A stretch of 64,000 bases of DNA from Candidatus Altiarchaeales archaeon (GTDB lineage: Archaea; Altiarchaeota; Altiarchaeia; IMC4; SCGC-AAA252-I15). Below the pieces are notes generated by a model that searched no databases, was not told where the DNA came from, and was given only the letters and a program-made list of their open reading frames with translations. Below are positions 1 to 9,427 of this stretch, piece by piece (within the stretch, counting starts at the first letter, position 1; each line of letters starts with the position of its first letter). The stretch lies in the NCBI GenBank assembly GCA_014727915.1, contig WJMO01000006.1:472762-536761 (forward strand). The letters run 5' to 3'. Made by a program: the position numbers and the translations under genes.

Positions 1-122
1 GCCATGTTGTAGGTTTTAGATTAAGAAGAAGGGGTAAATAAGGACGGGGATGAGGTGGTTGAACGGCCCTTTTATTCATTGCAGGGATGTTTAATTTTAG
101 GGCAGTCTAATATGTTGGATGT

Positions 123-1472
123 ATGGTTTGCGGGTTTTTTCATGATCGGCGACGGACCATATTCCTCTTCTCCATTTCAACCGCATTCTTCCTCTACCAG
201 CACATGATCGGTTTATCATGGGATTTCTCCGTTTACGTGTTGAACGCACGTTACATGTTCGGGGGCGGTCATTATATGGAGTGGTTGAGGGCGCCGCTCA
301 TGCCGTTCCTCCTTTTCACATTGAGCTTTGCAGGATACAGGTTAGGGGAGTATCTGTACATAGTGTTGGCTTCCATGTTGTTCGCTGTGGCTTCGGTGAA
401 GTTCGCCGGAAAGGCGGGGTTGGACGGGAACATTTTCTATGCGCTGATGTTAAGCCCGTATGTGTTGAATTGGGGGCTGCTAGCAGGCACGGAGCTGCTG
501 ACCCTGTCCTTGCTCATGCTGGCCTTAACGTATCTGAAGACGTGGAGGTCGTGTGTTTTCTTCGGTTTGGGAGTTCTCGCGAGATACACGACGGTGTCGT
601 ATCTTGTCCTGCTAGCGTACAAGAGGAACGTGAAGGACGTTATACTCTGCCTTGCCGTATTGGTATTGGTTTTCACGCCGTGGATGGCGTACAACAAGGC
701 CCTGAAAGGCCATCCACTGTACTCGGTGGGGGATTCGATGTTCTTCAACATGGTATACCGGAGACAATACGCCACCGAATTCAGCCTATGGCATGTGGCA
801 GGCGTCATAGGAGCGTATCTGCCGTTCATGGCCTATGGTTTGTGTGCGTGTTTAAGGCGGAGGCTGCCAGGCTATGAGGGGCTGGTGCTCGCCTTCATGA
901 TACTGGCACTGATCTCATACTGGAGGATCCCTGTGAAGGAGATAAGACACCTGTTCAACCTCTCCCTGCCGGCGGCATATTTCACCGCCGTCGCATTGAA
1001 GAGGCTTGAGCCAAGTGTCGGGAGGGAACTGGTGCTCGCCTCCATTGTTCTGCTGAACTTCTCGATGGGTACTCTGACCTTTGAGAGCATCGGACTGTGG
1101 CCAGGCTTCTATGAAGGGGCAGAGGCTGTTCGCGGCGATTGCATGGTAATGTCCAACATGTGGCCGCAGCTGAACTACCTGGGAGTCAGGGCGGAGACCT
1201 ACCCGGAACGTGTTGAAGTGCGGGCTGAGATAGGGGAGGGCAAGAGGATAATACTGTACAAGTACGGGCCAGAGAGCGAGCCAGAGTACATGCACGACGT
1301 GGATTTCATGGGCGGCCTGCCTACGATCGATGAGACGTACTCCTATGTCATCTTGGGGGAAATCGGCAGGTGCGCCCCACAAGAGGATGTTGACGGTTCG
1401 ATGATGGAATTGCTCGACAATAGGGGATACGACGCCGAGCTGTGCCCGCTCCTTCCTTTGATGTGCGGTTAG
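123..1472 (+). CDS. Polytopic membrane protein, possibly a GT-C-fold glycosyltransferase (PMT/ArnT-like)
   Basis: 449-aa ORF with about 10 hydrophobic segments and short loops. An in-frame TAA lies just upstream of the ATG at 123. It sits next to the GT2 operon. No catalytic motif was recognised with confidence. Confidence 0.35.
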   Translation: MVCGFFHDRRRTIFLFSISTAFFLYQHMIGLSWDFSVYVLNARYMFGGGHYMEWLRAPLMPFLLFTLSFAGYRLGEYLYIVLASMLFAVASVKFAGKAGLDGNIFYALMLSPYVLNWGLLAGTELLTLSLLMLALTYLKTWRSCVFFGLGVLARYTTVSYLVLLAYKRNVKDVILCLAVLVLVFTPWMAYNKALKGHPLYSVGDSMFFNMVYRRQYATEFSLWHVAGVIGAYLPFMAYGLCACLRRRLPGYEGLVLAFMILALISYWRIPVKEIRHLFNLSLPAAYFTAVALKRLEPSVGRELVLASIVLLNFSMGTLTFESIGLWPGFYEGAEAVRGDCMVMSNMWPQLNYLGVRAETYPERVEVRAEIGEGKRIILYKYGPESEPEYMHDVDFMGGLPTIDETYSYVILGEIGRCAPQEDVDGSMMELLDNRGYDAELCPLLPLMCG

Positions 1473-1473
1473 G

Positions 1474-2748
1474 TCAGCGGTTCTTCTCCCAGATGTTTAT
1501 GTGCCCGCCCATCCGAGTCCATGGTAGCACCTCCAACAGGAAGGGTAAGACGAAGTAGACGAGTGTTAGTAGGTAGTAGGGGAAGAGGAAGAATATCACC
1601 AATAGTATGCGCAGGTTCAACCGTCCGATCCTCTCAACCGAGAGGAAGTTGTAGAGCATGTTAAGTATGTAGGATACAATGAAATAGGGGAATATGGGTG
1701 TCATCGGCCACACCCCAGATAACGTGTTGTATATGAACTGCAGGGTTCCGTACATGGAGAAGGACGCGAAAAAGTACTGTAACACGGTGAGCGACAGGTA
1801 GTTGCCGTGGGCCACGTACCACCTCATGTACCCCCCAAATATCTGATAGAAGGTTATGGGAAGTATGAAGAAGGATTGGACGAAGAAGTATATCTGGTTG
1901 GGAAGGCCGTACAATCCTATGAACCCGTATCGTGGGTTCAAAACCATATCCCAGTGCTTTCTTATGACCTGGACTGTGCCCCGCCCCCACCTGAACCTCT
2001 GCCTTGCGAGACCGCCGACTGTCTGGGGCACGTTGGTATACATTACCGCCTTGGACATGACAAGCCTCCACCCTGCCTTGTGCAGCTTCAAACCGATGTC
2101 GAAGTCCTCCGACAGCGTATCAGTGCAGAAGAGCCCTACATTCACCAGAGCCTCCCGCCTGAACGCGGCGAACCCCGGCAGGACATAAGTGCATCCGAGC
2201 TTGTCGAATATGTACCTCCACATGGAGCTGAGTATGTACTCGAAGTCCTGGAACCATACAAGTGGGTTGCGGTTTATCACCACCCTTATTATCCCCGAGA
2301 CCGCTCCTACCTTGGGGTCTGAGAAGGGAGCGGCCAGGTTCGACAGCGCGTCCCCCGCCAGCTGGGAGTCGGCATCGAGGAAAGCCACTATCTCGCCGGA
2401 ACACTCCTCAACTCCGCGGTTGACGGCCAATGCCTTCCCCAGATGGTCTGTTTCGATCAGGCGCAGCCTCTCATCCTCGGAGGCCATCTTGGACACTATA
2501 TCGCCTGTGCGATCCTTTGAGCCGTCATCGACGACCACCACCTCCACCCTGCCAGGGTAGTCTGAGTCCAATATGCTCCTGACCGTTTCCTCGATAACGC
2601 TCTCCTCGTCGTGTGCGGGAACAACAACAGATATGTGGGGGTGATTTTTCAGCTTGTGCCTGCGCTCTGGCATGAAGCCGAGGACGGTCCAGAACACGAA
2701 GGTGAAGATGGAGATTACGAAGGTCGCGAGGAGTATCTCGTCTATCAT
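1474..2748 (-). CDS. Family-2 glycosyltransferase, processive beta-glycan synthase type (cellulose/chitin/hyaluronan-synthase-like)
   Basis: N-terminal TM, GT-A core motifs VVVVDDGSKDRT and LDADS, QRFRWGRG (QxxRW), and a multi-TM C-terminus. Confidence 0.7.
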   Translation of the reverse strand: MIDEILLATFVISIFTFVFWTVLGFMPERRHKLKNHPHISVVVPAHDEESVIEETVRSILDSDYPGRVEVVVVDDGSKDRTGDIVSKMASEDERLRLIETDHLGKALAVNRGVEECSGEIVAFLDADSQLAGDALSNLAAPFSDPKVGAVSGIIRVVINRNPLVWFQDFEYILSSMWRYIFDKLGCTYVLPGFAAFRREALVNVGLFCTDTLSEDFDIGLKLHKAGWRLVMSKAVMYTNVPQTVGGLARQRFRWGRGTVQVIRKHWDMVLNPRYGFIGLYGLPNQIYFFVQSFFILPITFYQIFGGYMRWYVAHGNYLSLTVLQYFFASFSMYGTLQFIYNTLSGVWPMTPIFPYFIVSYILNMLYNFLSVERIGRLNLRILLVIFFLFPYYLLTLVYFVLPFLLEVLPWTRMGGHINIWEKNR

Positions 2749-2755
2749 TTTTTAG

Positions 2756-3439
2756 TCAGTTGCATATGGAGACGTTGGGAGAGTTCTCGCACAATAGCCG
2801 CTCTATCTCGTCCTTGTCCCTGAGGCCGCAGTAGGTGTTCCCCTCTATCACCGTGCACGGGTGCTCGCCCACGCCGTACACTTCAGCCAGAACGTTTACC
2901 GAGGACACGTTCAAGTCCGAGTCGAAGCTGAATATGGCAAGCTCCTCGTCTATCCTCTTGTTCAGGTGGTCTAGGACGTAGGCCTGGTCGTCGCATTGCT
3001 TGCAGTCCTCGCCGCGCCGGTAGAAGTAGAGTATGACCGTCTGGTCTATGTCGCATTTGTCCCGTACCTGGGTGAGAAGCGACAGGTACAGCACTTCCTG
3101 GCGGTTGAACCTCCTCTTCTGCTTCAGGTAGTAGGGGTCTGTCATGTACTCTTCCGTCAGCCGCTTGTAGAGCTCGATCTTGTCGCCTAGCCTCCAGATG
3201 TTCTGGTCCAACAACTCAAGCTGGGACTTCAAAGTGACGCAGGTGGCGTTCTCTCCGAACATGCGCATAAGCTGCGTCAACGCCTCCATCTCCTCCAGCG
3301 TGTCGATGGTGGCCTCCATCCTCGACTCCAGGTTGGCCTCCCGCTTCTCGTTGATGTAGACGTTGATCGAGTATATCACCACAAGGACAAAGACCGTCAA
3401 GACAAGGGCTTTGGCGAATATCCACCTGCTCACCTCCAT
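2756..3439 (-). CDS. Membrane-anchored thioredoxin-like protein with a CKQC motif, between the two GT2 genes
   Basis: N-terminal TM helix, a coiled-coil stretch, then the beta-strand VILYFY followed by CKQC, a thioredoxin-like CxxC context, plus further Cys pairs. Its start overlaps the stop of the upstream GT2 gene (3430-3439). Confidence 0.4.
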   Translation of the reverse strand: MEVSRWIFAKALVLTVFVLVVIYSINVYINEKREANLESRMEATIDTLEEMEALTQLMRMFGENATCVTLKSQLELLDQNIWRLGDKIELYKRLTEEYMTDPYYLKQKRRFNRQEVLYLSLLTQVRDKCDIDQTVILYFYRRGEDCKQCDDQAYVLDHLNKRIDEELAIFSFDSDLNVSSVNVLAEVYGVGEHPCTVIEGNTYCGLRDKDEIERLLCENSPNVSICN

Positions 3440-4677
3440 TTTACCTTCCTCCCCGCGAGGACAGAGTAAAAGGAGCTGAGCCAGAAGAACTGGTAGAGTA
3501 GGAAGAAGAAGATGAACCCTATGAAGCCCGATATGTTCTCCCTGAGCCTCCTGTGCATCACGCTCATGCTGGCCTTGGTCATCAAAGCGATTGACAGCAT
3601 GGAAGACAGCATGAGAAAGTGGAATATGCTAACCGTCAACAGGTCGAAGTCCAATATGTCAAATGGGAGCAGCTCGAAGTTCGTCAGGATCAGGTGTTTC
3701 ACATGCTGGAATATGTTGTTGGCCAATAGCCCGGCCGAGTATACGCCCATCAGCAGGCCCAATGTTATGGTCAGGTAGTTGAGGGGCAGGAAGAAGACGC
3801 CGAAGCAGCCGAGAGCCCGGTTGAACATGGTGTCCTTATGCTGCAGCAGGGTTATGAGGGATCCGCTGTACCACCTCTTCCTCTGCCTGTACAAACCGTT
3901 CAAGGTGGAAGGCACGATTGTGTAGACGCCTGTGTGGAGGGTGTTCTCTATCCTGTAGCCTGCCTTGTGTATCCTAAAGGCTATCTCCATGTCCTCCACT
4001 ATGTTGTGCTCGTCGAAGCCGCCAATCTCCAAGAGCATGGACTTCCGGTAGATGCTGAACGGCCCGGGGGTTACATGCATGGCATTCAGGTAGGAGAGTA
4101 TCTTGAGCGAGAGCGAGAGGCCGACCACGTATTCTATGTCGACTATCCTCTCCAAAAGGTTCCTGGGCTCGCTAACGTGAACGCGGACCGTCACAGCCCC
4201 GACGCCCTCGTCCCGGAACATGCCAACGGTCTTCTTCAATATGTCACTTTTGACCACGCTGTCAGAGTCCATCGTAGCAACATAATCCCCCTTGGCTGCT
4301 TCAATGCCCTCGTTCAGGGAGAACGCCTTCCCATGGTTTTCGCTCCGGTCTATGAAAACCGCCCGCATTTCTTTGTGGGAGGAGATGAAGTCTCTTATGA
4401 AATCAGAAGTCCGATCGGTGCTTCCGTCGTTAACGACTATAACCTCATACCTGCCCCATGGATAGTCCATGTCATAAAGCGACTGAAGGGCCGGTAGAAC
4501 CCCTTTTTCCTCGTTTAGAGCCGGAACTACAACGCTTACAAAGGGCAGGCTATCATCTGGTTCCCCATATGATTTCAGGTCCTCACGCTTCTCAAGCATG
4601 ATCAACAACACCAATGCTATGAAGTAAGTGGACAGGAACCATACGGTCAACGTTAATATGGAATACATCAAATCCAT
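3430..4677 (-). CDS. Family-2 glycosyltransferase, processive synthase type (paralog of 1474-2748)
   Basis: Motifs VVNDGSTDRT, MDSDS and QRKRWYSG (QxxRW), with N- and C-terminal TM segments. First gene of a three-gene minus-strand operon. Confidence 0.7.
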   Translation of the reverse strand: MDLMYSILTLTVWFLSTYFIALVLLIMLEKREDLKSYGEPDDSLPFVSVVVPALNEEKGVLPALQSLYDMDYPWGRYEVIVVNDGSTDRTSDFIRDFISSHKEMRAVFIDRSENHGKAFSLNEGIEAAKGDYVATMDSDSVVKSDILKKTVGMFRDEGVGAVTVRVHVSEPRNLLERIVDIEYVVGLSLSLKILSYLNAMHVTPGPFSIYRKSMLLEIGGFDEHNIVEDMEIAFRIHKAGYRIENTLHTGVYTIVPSTLNGLYRQRKRWYSGSLITLLQHKDTMFNRALGCFGVFFLPLNYLTITLGLLMGVYSAGLLANNIFQHVKHLILTNFELLPFDILDFDLLTVSIFHFLMLSSMLSIALMTKASMSVMHRRLRENISGFIGFIFFFLLYQFFWLSSFYSVLAGRKVKWR

Positions 4678-4756
4678 GGTCTAAAACACTCCCCCGCAAC
4701 CAGCCCACTATATGATTAGCTGATATTATAATAAATAAAGTCTATATATTGGTCTG
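4678..4756. promoter_or_regulatory. Bidirectional AT-rich promoter region (TATA-like elements)
   Basis: 79-bp divergent intergenic region containing ttataataaataaag and tatatatt, between the GT2 operon (-) and the 4757 gene (+). Confidence 0.35.
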
Positions 4757-5329
4757 GTGTCGTCTATGGATGAGGACAGGCTAGAATTTAAGCGGCAGAT
4801 GGTCCATCTATTCAACGGATCGGTCATTGGAGGCCTCGTATACGCCCTAAAGCCCGTATACGGGCTTTGGATACTTGTGCCGCTGGTATTATCGCTTTTC
4901 ATATTGCACGCGGTCCCAAAGCTAACACCGGATTTGAAGGTGGCAAACCACTTATTATACCATTTTGAGCGTCGGAAGGACATAGACAACTTCCCCTTCA
5001 AAGGCGCCATATTCTACGGATACGGGATAATATTCCCAATAGTCCTCTTGGAGACAGAGTATGCGGTCGCAACCATACTCGTTTTGAGCGTTGGAGACGC
5101 CTTCAGCAACCTCGTAGGGAGGAAATATGGGAGGATAAGGATATTAGACAAGAGCATGGAGGGCACGCTGGGTTTCTTCTTCAGCGCATGGCTGGCAGCA
5201 TCCCTGCTAGTTGACCCAACCCACGCGCTCATAATGGCAGCAGTAGCTTCCGTAATAGAACTGTTCAGCTTCTGGGATGACAATATCACAATACCCTTAG
5301 GCCTCTCCCTGCTTGTTCAACTCCTCTGA
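4757..5329 (+). CDS. CTP-transferase-family membrane protein (CDP-archaeol synthase CarS-like or polyprenol/dolichol kinase-like)
   Basis: 190 aa, about 5 TM helices. Motif VLSVGDAFSNLVGRKYGR resembles the CdsA/CarS/dolichol-kinase cytidylyltransferase signature. Confidence 0.4.
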   Translation: MSSMDEDRLEFKRQMVHLFNGSVIGGLVYALKPVYGLWILVPLVLSLFILHAVPKLTPDLKVANHLLYHFERRKDIDNFPFKGAIFYGYGIIFPIVLLETEYAVATILVLSVGDAFSNLVGRKYGRIRILDKSMEGTLGFFFSAWLAASLLVDPTHALIMAAVASVIELFSFWDDNITIPLGLSLLVQLL

Positions 5330-5927
5330 CCCGGACCCTCCGGCCTTCAACGGTTAGCCTGCCCTCAACGTACCATTTCACCGCCTGGGGGTAGATGAGA
5401 TGCTCCTGCTCCAATATCCTGCCGGCAAGACTGTTGACGTCGTCGCCTTCGAGCACGGGAACAGCCGCCTGTACGATTATGGGACCGTGGTCGACTTCCT
5501 CGTCGACGAAGTGTACGGTGCAGCCTGAGACCTTGACACCGTAGTCGAATGCCTGCTGCTGGCCATGCACCCCCGGAAAAGACGGCAACAGCGCGGGATG
5601 GATGTTCATAAGCCTGTCCTTGAAAGCCCTTACAAAATAGGGGGTTATTATCCGCATGTAACCAGCTAGGAGAACCAGGTCAACATCGCGCTTCCCCAGC
5701 TCTTTCACAACTTCCTTGTCGTAGTCCTCCCGCGAAACATATCCGCTGGGGTCCAGGTGAAGGGATTCAATTCCGTGGCTCTCAGCCCGCTCCAACGCGT
5801 AGGCGTCCTTCTTGTCGGATACTACGACGACCACCTGGGAGTCGGGTATCCACCCAGACTCCACATTGTCTATGATGGACTGCAGGTTGCTACCCCCGCC
5901 GGAGGCCAGGACGCCGATTAGGGCCAT
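5286..5927 (-). CDS. purN: Phosphoribosylglycinamide formyltransferase (folate-dependent)
   Basis: N-terminal GVLASGGGSNLQ, a formyl-transferase core, and HPALLPSF-type motifs typical of PurN. Confidence 0.75.
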   Translation of the reverse strand: MALIGVLASGGGSNLQSIIDNVESGWIPDSQVVVVVSDKKDAYALERAESHGIESLHLDPSGYVSREDYDKEVVKELGKRDVDLVLLAGYMRIITPYFVRAFKDRLMNIHPALLPSFPGVHGQQQAFDYGVKVSGCTVHFVDEEVDHGPIIVQAAVPVLEGDDVNSLAGRILEQEHLIYPQAVKWYVEGRLTVEGRRVRVRGVEQAGRGLRVL

Positions 5928-5965
5928 ACGAGAATATTATATGTTGAGTTTTATAATGTGTATGT

Positions 5966-6457
5966 ATGAGGTTACTGGCCGTCCTGGCGCTCGCCCTGCT
6001 GGCCTGCGGGTGCATGACAGGAGCTTCAGAAGAGCCTGTGAAGGTCGTGGACGTGGGCTCTGACCAGGGGAGAGTCGTGGAATCGGTGGTCGAGACTACC
6101 ACAACAACTGTAGAGGTGGCGGAGACGGTCGATACGGCGGAACCCCAGGAAGGCGATGTCATCGAGGTCGGAGACGACGTGGTCATAGAGATAAGACAGA
6201 CCACAACATCAACCACCGCAACTTCAACTACCACAACATCCTCCACTACAACAACCACTACGGATTCCACGACCACAACAACTTCCACGACCACGTCGAG
6301 CACATCTTCGACCACGCTTCCGTGCACCATAGAATGCTATGAGATAGAATACCCCAACCCCAGCAGCTGCGAACGGGGATGCTGCATAAGCGAGAACACC
6401 AGATGCCAGTACATAACCGGCGGACTGAGCCAGGGCGGACGGTGCAGGTGCCGTTAG
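5966..6457 (+). CDS. Secreted Thr-rich (mucin-like) lipoprotein with a Cys-rich C-terminal module
   Basis: Signal peptide ending LLACGC (lipobox-like), a long T/S tract (TTTSTTATSTTTTSSTTTTTT...), and a C-terminal 8-Cys module. Confidence 0.5.
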   Translation: MRLLAVLALALLACGCMTGASEEPVKVVDVGSDQGRVVESVVETTTTTVEVAETVDTAEPQEGDVIEVGDDVVIEIRQTTTSTTATSTTTTSSTTTTTTDSTTTTTSTTTSSTSSTTLPCTIECYEIEYPNPSSCERGCCISENTRCQYITGGLSQGGRCRCR

Positions 6458-7699
6458 AGGTCGATCCTGTCCCTCCACTTCCTTATGGCCTCTCCAGCAA
6501 CGTAGATGGAGCCAGTGATGAGCACTAGGTCGTCCTCGGATGCAATGGACAATGCGTGGTCGACCGCGTCGGACACGCGCTCAACCGGGACGCCGTCCGC
6601 GTGCTTGAGGATTTCGCACGCCCCAAGAGCCCTCTTCAAATCGGCTCTGGTGGCGATGAGCACGTCAGCCTCTGAAAGAAGCCCTATCATGGGCTTGTAT
6701 TCCTTGTCGGACATGAAACCCGCCACCACGACCAGCCTATCGTAATCCAGGGACCTTATGAAAGCCAGGGACTCACGCATACCCGCCGCGTTATGTGCTG
6801 AGTCAACTATTACCCTCGGGTTTTCCCGGACCAGGTCCAGCCTGCCGGGCCAATAGGCCTTCGGGACCGCTGACAGAATGTCACCACGCGTAGTGCCTAA
6901 CTCTTCTGCTGCTGAGACCGCGCAGGCAATATTCAACGCCTGGAAGCCTCCGCGCATGGGAGACCTCAGCACATAGGATTCCCGGCCGGTCTTCATCTTG
7001 AACGAAACACCATCAAGGGAGGACTCGACATCACATAGGACTACATCCCCCCCGACCTTAACAACCCTTGAACCCCGCTCAGCCGCCGCGGAAGATATTA
7101 TGTCCAATGCCTCCCCGGACGCAGCGGTCACAACCACCGACCCGCCGTGGATTATCCCTGCTTTCTCGACGGCGATCTCGCCGACTGTCGAGCCTAGATA
7201 GCTGGTGTGGTCGATCTCGACGTTCGTTATCACCTGGAGCTTCGACTCCACCGCATTGGTCGAGTCCAACCTGCCGCCCATCCCAACCTCCAAGATAATG
7301 ACATCCACGCGCTCGTCGGCGAAATGCTTCAACGCCAACGCTGTGGTGGCCTCGAAGAAAGTGGGCTTGGAGCCCATAGAATCAATATGTGGCTTCAACC
7401 GCCCTGCCAATTCCGCGAACCTCTCCCTGTCGATCTGCACACCATCCACGCGAACACGCTCCGTGAAGTCGATCAACTCGGGTGAAGTGTAGAACCCAAC
7501 CTTCCTGCCCGACATGCGGAGTATGGAATCCAACACACAGGCACAGCTACCCTTCCCATTGGTGCCCGCTATATGGACTATCTCACCGTCGAAACCGAAC
7601 CCCAAAGAATCCAAGAGATCGCGGGTGTTCTCCAATCTGAAACGGTAGCCAAGCCGCTCAAAACCGCGAAGATAAGACAACGCACCCGAGTAGTCCATC
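6454..7699 (-). CDS. folC: Folylpolyglutamate synthase / dihydrofolate synthase
   Basis: P-loop HIAGTNGKGS and a Mur-ligase fold. Start reassigned to the internal ATG at 7699-7697 ([10 protein letters not shown]), which forms an ATGA overlap with the fhs stop. Confidence 0.75.
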
Positions 7700-9356
7700 A
7701 GAACAAACCGCTTATCACACCGTCGTCGTCGATGTCTATCACTTCGGCCGCAGGCCTCCTGGGCAACCCGGGCATGGTCATAACCTTCCCAGTCAACACC
7801 ACGATGAAACCGGCGCCAGCCGACAAATGTATCTTCTTGACCGTTATCTTGAAGCCGTCCGGCCTCCCCAGCAATGTTGAGTCGTCGCTGAGGCTCTTCT
7901 GGGTCTTGCTCATGCAAACCGGGAGCTTGTCCAGGCCCTGGGCCTCCAGCTCCCGGATCTCATTCAACGCCCTCTCAGTGTATGTCACGCCGTCAGCCCC
8001 GTATATCTCCCGGGATATGGCCTCGATCTTCTCCCTAATGGGCTTGCCAGGATCATAGAGGAACCTGAAATCTGACTTTGACTTGGACGCCTTAAGCACT
8101 GCCTCAGCCAGCTCCAAACCGCCGTCGCCCCCCATGGAATGCACCTCCGACAGCGCGCAGTCGACCTTCTTGTCCCTGCACCTCCCCAGCACAAAGTCGA
8201 CCTCAGCGTCCGTGTCAGTGGCAAACCGGTTGACTGCAACAACCAAGGGCACATTGAACTTCAACACGTTCTCTATCTGCTTCTCCAGGTTAGGCCATCC
8301 CTTCTCCAACGCCAGCAAATCCTCCATTTCATATTCGCTGCATCCGCCATGGTGCTTCAACGCCCTCACCGTCGCCACCAGGACGACCGCGTCAGGCTTC
8401 AAACCCGCCTGCCGGCACTTGATGTCGAAGAACTTCTCAGCGCCCAGGTCCGCGCCGAACCCGGCCTCGGTCACGACAACATCCGCCAGCTTCAACGCCA
8501 TCTTCGTCGCCACCACGCTGTTGCACCCGTGGGCGATGTTAGCGAACGGACCGCCATGGATTATGGCAGGCCCGCCCTCCATGGTCTGCACCAGGTTGGG
8601 GTTGAACGCGTCACGCAAAAGGGCGGCCATGGCACCCTGGACCTTCAACTGCTCGACGGTGACAGGGTCGCCGAAGAACGTATAACCAACGACCATCCTG
8701 GCAAGCCGCTCCCTCAGGTCATGGTAGCTCTCAGACAGGCACAACACGGCCATGACCTCGCTGGCGGCGGTGATGTCATACCTGTCCTCCCGAGCCAGGC
8801 CAGAAGAGTCGGCCAAACCGACGAATATGCGGCGGAGGCTCCGGTCGTTCATGTCCGTGACTCGATGCCATCTGACACGGTTGGGGTTGATGTTGAGCTC
8901 GTTACCCTGGAATATGTGATTGTCCACGACCGCGGACAACAGGTTGTTGGCCGCGGAAACCGCGGGTATGTCGCCTGTGAAGTACAGGTTGATGTCCTCC
9001 ATGGGAAGCACCTGACTGTACCCGCCGCCGGCCGCACCGCCCTTGATGCCCATAACAGGGCCGAGGGACGGCTCCCTTATGCACAAAACCGCGTTAACGT
9101 CCTTCTTCCGAAGCGCCTGGGTCAAGCCGACGGTTGTGGTTGTCTTCCCCTCACCCGGGGGTGTGGGAGTCATCGAAGTAACTAGCACCAGCTTACCGTC
9201 CCTGTTCTTCTTCAGCCGCTCCAAGAGCTTAACAGGCAGCTTGGCCTTGAACTTGCCATATGCCATGAGATCATCGGGTTCCAGGCCCAAATCTCCCGCA
9301 ACCTCCTCGACAGGCCTCAGATCAACCGAATGCGCTATCTCAATATCAGATTTCAT
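7698..9356 (-). CDS. fhs: Formate--tetrahydrofolate ligase
   Basis: 552 aa. MKSDIEIA N-terminus and [15 protein letters not shown]-loop, with FTHFS family length and layout. Confidence 0.85.
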   Translation of the reverse strand: MKSDIEIAHSVDLRPVEEVAGDLGLEPDDLMAYGKFKAKLPVKLLERLKKNRDGKLVLVTSMTPTPPGEGKTTTTVGLTQALRKKDVNAVLCIREPSLGPVMGIKGGAAGGGYSQVLPMEDINLYFTGDIPAVSAANNLLSAVVDNHIFQGNELNINPNRVRWHRVTDMNDRSLRRIFVGLADSSGLAREDRYDITAASEVMAVLCLSESYHDLRERLARMVVGYTFFGDPVTVEQLKVQGAMAALLRDAFNPNLVQTMEGGPAIIHGGPFANIAHGCNSVVATKMALKLADVVVTEAGFGADLGAEKFFDIKCRQAGLKPDAVVLVATVRALKHHGGCSEYEMEDLLALEKGWPNLEKQIENVLKFNVPLVVAVNRFATDTDAEVDFVLGRCRDKKVDCALSEVHSMGGDGGLELAEAVLKASKSKSDFRFLYDPGKPIREKIEAISREIYGADGVTYTERALNEIRELEAQGLDKLPVCMSKTQKSLSDDSTLLGRPDGFKITVKKIHLSAGAGFIVVLTGKVMTMPGLPRRPAAEVIDIDDDGVISGLF

Positions 9357-9427
9357 ATTTGAATAAGAAACAAGGGATGAACGCTTAAAAAGAAAACATA
9401 ATAACTATGCTTTCCATTAGATAGTAT

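Noticed and set aside
218-877. 219-aa plus-strand ORF overlapping the 123-1472 membrane-protein gene in another frame
   Set aside because: Arg/Gly/Val-rich composition typical of an off-frame read through GC-rich coding DNA. The overlapping frame encodes a coherent multi-TM protein.
8139-9185. 348-aa plus-strand ORF antisense to fhs
   Set aside because: It lies fully inside a confidently identified FTHFS gene on the opposite strand and has low-complexity Arg/His/Gln/Leu-rich composition. Spurious antisense ORF.
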